Shown here in pieces: positions 9,331 to 12,083 of a stretch of DNA of 12,083 nt (positions within the stretch are counted from its first letter, which is position 1; the number at the start of each line of letters is the position of its first letter). The notes beneath the pieces are model-generated. The model saw nothing but the letters and a program-made list of their open reading frames with translations. It did no database searches and was not told the origin of the DNA. The position numbers were made by a program, and so were the translations under genes. The stretch is from Octopus sinensis (taxonomy: Eukaryota): the NCBI RefSeq assembly GCF_006345805.1, contig NW_021826796.1, positions 1-12,083 of the forward strand. The letters are read 5' to 3'.

Positions 9331-9813
9331 AAATGAAAATTGTAATACTGAATTAACATCTGAGGAAGAAAATAAAAATTTCAAAAACAGGGGAAGATGT
9401 CAAAAACACCTAGATACAACAACTCAATACAGATCTAAAGTTATCAAAGGGAAAAATCAATGAATTATTTGAAAAACGCGATTAATTTGAAGTTTAAAAC
9501 TTATCGCAATCTCCTTTTGGCTGGCTTTGTTTACTTTTGTATATCAGTTGATATTCACTGACGTTGAGAAAAATCTCAACTATTAATGAGTGTAGAAAGA
9601 GAGGGAAGGGCGATTGGGAAGGCAAACGGACAGCCACACAGGCACGCAGACAGATAGCAGACAAACAGACATACATACAGATGGGTAGAGATATATAGAT
9701 AGCTATAAATTCAGAACTGCATAAAATGCTTGATGTTGGCACAGGTGTTAAAGAGCCAGAATTCAGTTTTTACAGAGTCTGTTTAATTCAACTCATTGCT
9801 ATGTATATTCATG

Positions 9814-9815
<2 letters not shown>

Positions 9816-9871
<56 letters not shown>

Positions 9872-9876
9872 GTGTG
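9816..9876. repeat. (AT)n(GT)n compound microsatellite
   Basis: Directly visible. Confidence 0.95.
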
Positions 9877-10133
9877 TGTAAATATAATATGTGACAAATA
9901 TTCAGTAGCCAAGATAAAACTCTGATGCCGAGGTGGAAATCCACACCACCATCTCTTCAGTTATCAGCCAGATAACTGAAGAAATGGTGGTGTGGATTTC
10001 TACATGGGCATCCGAAACTCAGAGTTTTATCTTGGCTACCGAATAATTGTCACATATTATATTTACAGATAAATTCCTCTATTTACATAATATTGAGGTA
10101 TATTTCTTTCTTTTGTTATCTTACCGTTTTTAC

Positions 10134-10137
<4 letters not shown>
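9877..10137 (+). mobile_element. Fold-back element: inverted arms 9877-9965 and 9971-10067 plus an unpaired 3' tail, between microsatellites
   Basis: 89-nt and 97-nt arms, 6 mismatches, one 8-nt indel and a 5-nt spacer (agcca). A hammerhead motif lies in the right arm. Confidence 0.85.
9966..10037 (+). ncRNA. Type I hammerhead ribozyme motif (Penelope-like minimal type)
   Basis: Helix I agcca-gataa (9966-9975) with ttatc-t-tggct (10027-10037); core CUGAAGA (9976-9982); helix II region 9983-10013; GAAA (10014-10017); helix III ACUC-A-GAGU; triplet GUU with cut predicted after 10026. Position 10.1 is A rather than the canonical G. Confidence 0.7.

Positions 10138-10174
<37 letters not shown>
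10138..10174. repeat. (AT)n microsatellite
   Basis: Perfect run. Confidence 0.95.
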
Positions 10175-10179
<5 letters not shown>

Positions 10180-10195
10180 AGCTTAGAGAGAAGAA

Positions 10196-10232
10196 GAAAC
10201 GAAACCAAACCAAACGAATCGAATCGAATCGA
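10196..10232. repeat. 5-bp-period repeat drifting GAAAC > CAAAC > GAATC
   Basis: gaaacgaaaccaaaccaaacgaatcgaatcgaatcga. Confidence 0.7.
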
Positions 10233-10469
10233 CGCGAAGGCGCTCAGTCATTCTATAGTGTAATAAATAAAATATATTCATACATACGAACATATATGTA
10301 CGTAGCTACATCTACATGTATATATACATGCATATATAATATATATACGTGTGTACAGGACACCACAAATAGACGTAGAACTCAACGAGAAACGAAAACG
10401 TAAAAACAGCATGGAACGGACCATTCCTTTAACAACGAAAAAACAGAGTACAAGACAACTACACAAGGA

Positions 10470-10511
10470 AATATATATATATATATATTATATATTATAT
10501 ATATATATATA

Positions 10512-10552
<41 letters not shown>
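10470..10552. repeat. (AT)n microsatellite, interrupted
   Basis: Directly visible. Confidence 0.95.
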
Positions 10553-10556
<4 letters not shown>

Positions 10557-10755
10557 ATTCGTTAGCTACTGCACGCATTTTTTTTCTCTCCTTCTTTCTG
10601 TGTTTTTCTCTCTCTGTGTATCTTTCTGTTGAAGAGCGTAGGCTCGAAACGTTAAAGACTTGTTTTATTTATATTTCCTGAGCGCCATACTAATACAATT
10701 GTTCGTTTGTCTTCCACCTGCCTTCGTCTTTTGTTTATTTTCATAAAGCTTCCCG

Positions 10756-10756
<1 letters not shown>
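10553..10756 (+). mobile_element. ~200-bp cassette between (TA)n tracts containing a minimal hammerhead-like motif
   Basis: (TA)n on both sides; motif at 10621-10658. Confidence 0.55.
10621..10658 (+). ncRNA. Minimal type I hammerhead-like motif with an A6U core variant
   Basis: tcttt [CUGUUGA] a gagc-gtag-gctc [GAAA] C-GU-U aaaga. Helix I (5 bp) and helix II (4 bp plus tetraloop) are perfect; helix III is the loopless palindrome ACGU. Confidence 0.55.
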
Positions 10757-10798
<42 letters not shown>

Positions 10799-10808
10799 AT
10801 ATACATAT
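10757..10808. repeat. (AT)n microsatellite
   Basis: Directly visible. Confidence 0.95.
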
Positions 10809-10884
10809 AACAAATTAAGAAGAGTGGCTTAACAGTTGGAAGCTAAAGGCAAAATTAACAGACGCTACAAAAGTGACAGAGAGT

Positions 10885-10928
10885 ACTGTTTTTGCACTGT
10901 TTTTGCACTGTTTTTGCACTGTTTTTGC
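10885..10928 (+). repeat. Perfect 4 x 11-bp tandem repeat (ACTGTTTTTGC)
   Basis: Four exact units counted. Confidence 0.95.
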
Positions 10929-10981
10929 TAATGATAAAGAGTTAAATTAAGTGAAAAACCAAAAACGCATTGCCTTGAACA

Positions 10982-11032
10982 CTGACGAAGGGAGGTAAGC
11001 ACCCAGCGTACATAGCCGAATCGCGATTTCGG
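10982..11032 (+). other. Degenerate hammerhead-like motif
   Basis: CTGACGA (10982-10988), ggt-aagc-acc hairpin, cGAA (one A short) and palindrome aatcgcgatt (11019-11028). Helix I is not evident. Confidence 0.35.
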
Positions 11033-11775
11033 ATTTTGATGTAGATCATCTTAATCCTCATCAACGGCTCTTAACGCCTAAGATTGAACTAACTCTTATC
11101 ATTAGCAAAAGAGGCGTTAGTCAATATGCTCTGTCAATTTTGTGACCTTTGTTAATTTTGCCTTTACGTTCTAATTGCTAATAAACCACTCTTTTTAATT
11201 TGTTGTTTACACTTTTGCCGTTTCGAAAATCAGCACAAGTTTTCTATGGTTTTTTTCTATACGACTGACAGTAGTAGTTGAGTTCAATCCTAGGCATATT
11301 AAAGTCCCAAATACAAAAAAAAAAAAAAGATATAAACTCATCACGGTCGAAAAAGGTTTTCATCCGAGATTTTGTCTGTTGAGATTGACCTGTGGCGAAA
11401 CAACAGCCTCAGCAAACCAGATGCTCAATCACTGCTCATTGTGACGTAATATTGTGGTCAGCTAGGCCAAGATATGATACACCATTGTCAGACTGTCGTG
11501 ATGAATACACAGATCATCAACATTATAAGGACAACACAAGAAGGACTTGCTTTACTTTCCAGGGCCAGAAAATGATTTTACTAACTCCTTCCCCGCAAAC
11601 TGCTAACCCTCTGCGGAGCTCAGAGTCCCACAACACAGTATGGCTCCAGCATCTATCATGTTATTACTGCTACTGTCACAGATACATACATTCTTTGACC
11701 GCATCGAAAGCAAAGTCACATGACTGATTAGCATGGAGCTGCTCAGAAAGACACTAGTCAATATATGATAAACGA

Positions 11776-11983
11776 GGGCGGCGAACTGGCAGAATCGTTA
11801 GCGCGCCGGGCAAAATGCTTAGCGGCATTTCATCCGTCTTTACATTTTGAGTTCAAATTCTGCTGAGATTGACTTTGCTTGTCATCCCTTCCGGGGTCGA
11901 TAAAATAAGTTGAACACTGGAGTCGATGGAATCGACTTATCCTTTTCCCGAAATTGCTAGACTTGTCCCAAAATTTGAAACCA
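11776..11983 (+). mobile_element. Near full-length tRNA-derived SINE (octopus-type)
   Basis: A-box-like TGGCAGAATCG (11787), B-box-like GAGTTCAAATTC (11849) and recalled body gactttgc...catcccttccggggtcgataaaataag...gtcgatggaatcgac. Possible TSD caatatatgataa (11759-11771) versus caatatatcttaa (11982-11994), 11/13. Confidence 0.85.
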
Positions 11984-12083
11984 ATATATCTTAAGCATGC
12001 TGTGTCTTCTCCTTACCTTTGCTACGACTACTAAGTTGGCCTTTGCTCTGCTGAAGTTTGCTGTTCTCCTATCACGTCTACCA

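Larger units (their letters stand above)
10809..11204. mobile_element. Inverted-arm element: arms 10809-10943 and 11091-11204, spacer containing a hammerhead-like motif
   Basis: The reverse complement of the left arm aligns to the right arm (aactc(t)ttatcattagcaaaa; ctctgtca.ttttgt; tgttaattttgccttta; ccactctt.ttaatttgtt) at roughly 80% by eye. Confidence 0.8.

Noticed and set aside
9138-9356. Asn-rich ORF
   Set aside because: Explained by the (AAC/AAT)n repeat.
10236-10684. Shared 9-mer ctgagcgcc in inverted orientation (10238-10246 versus 10678-10686)
   Set aside because: Similarity does not extend convincingly, so it cannot be called a fourth inverted-arm element.
10885-10928. CRISPR-like array
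   Set aside because: Contiguous 11-bp units with no spacers, in a eukaryotic context; a simple minisatellite.

Overview
AT-rich, non-coding eukaryotic DNA. The SINE-like repeats and dense (TA)n/(GT)n/(AAC)n/(CAT)n microsatellites look like an octopus (coleoid cephalopod) genome; this rests on my recall of the repeat families, not a database hit. I find no supportable host protein-coding gene, and most ORFs in the track are microsatellite or repeat artefacts. Well-supported features: a full-length tRNA-derived SINE with a perfect 12-bp TSD (2894-3285, -), further SINE copies or fragments, a complete 389-bp non-autonomous Helitron (5940-6328, -), a TTAA-flanked piggyBac-type MITE (8606-8827), a decayed RTE-clade LINE 3' end (8089-8396, -) and a ~262-bp tandem duplication (1629-2150). 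The most interesting signal is a set of mutually unrelated short elements carrying intact or decayed type I hammerhead ribozyme (HHR) motifs with palindromic helix III. Three of them sit in outward-pointing inverted-arm structures (644-1381, 9877-10137, 10809-11204), as expected for Penelope-like-element-derived or retrozyme-like non-autonomous retroelements. All alignments and folds were done by eye.
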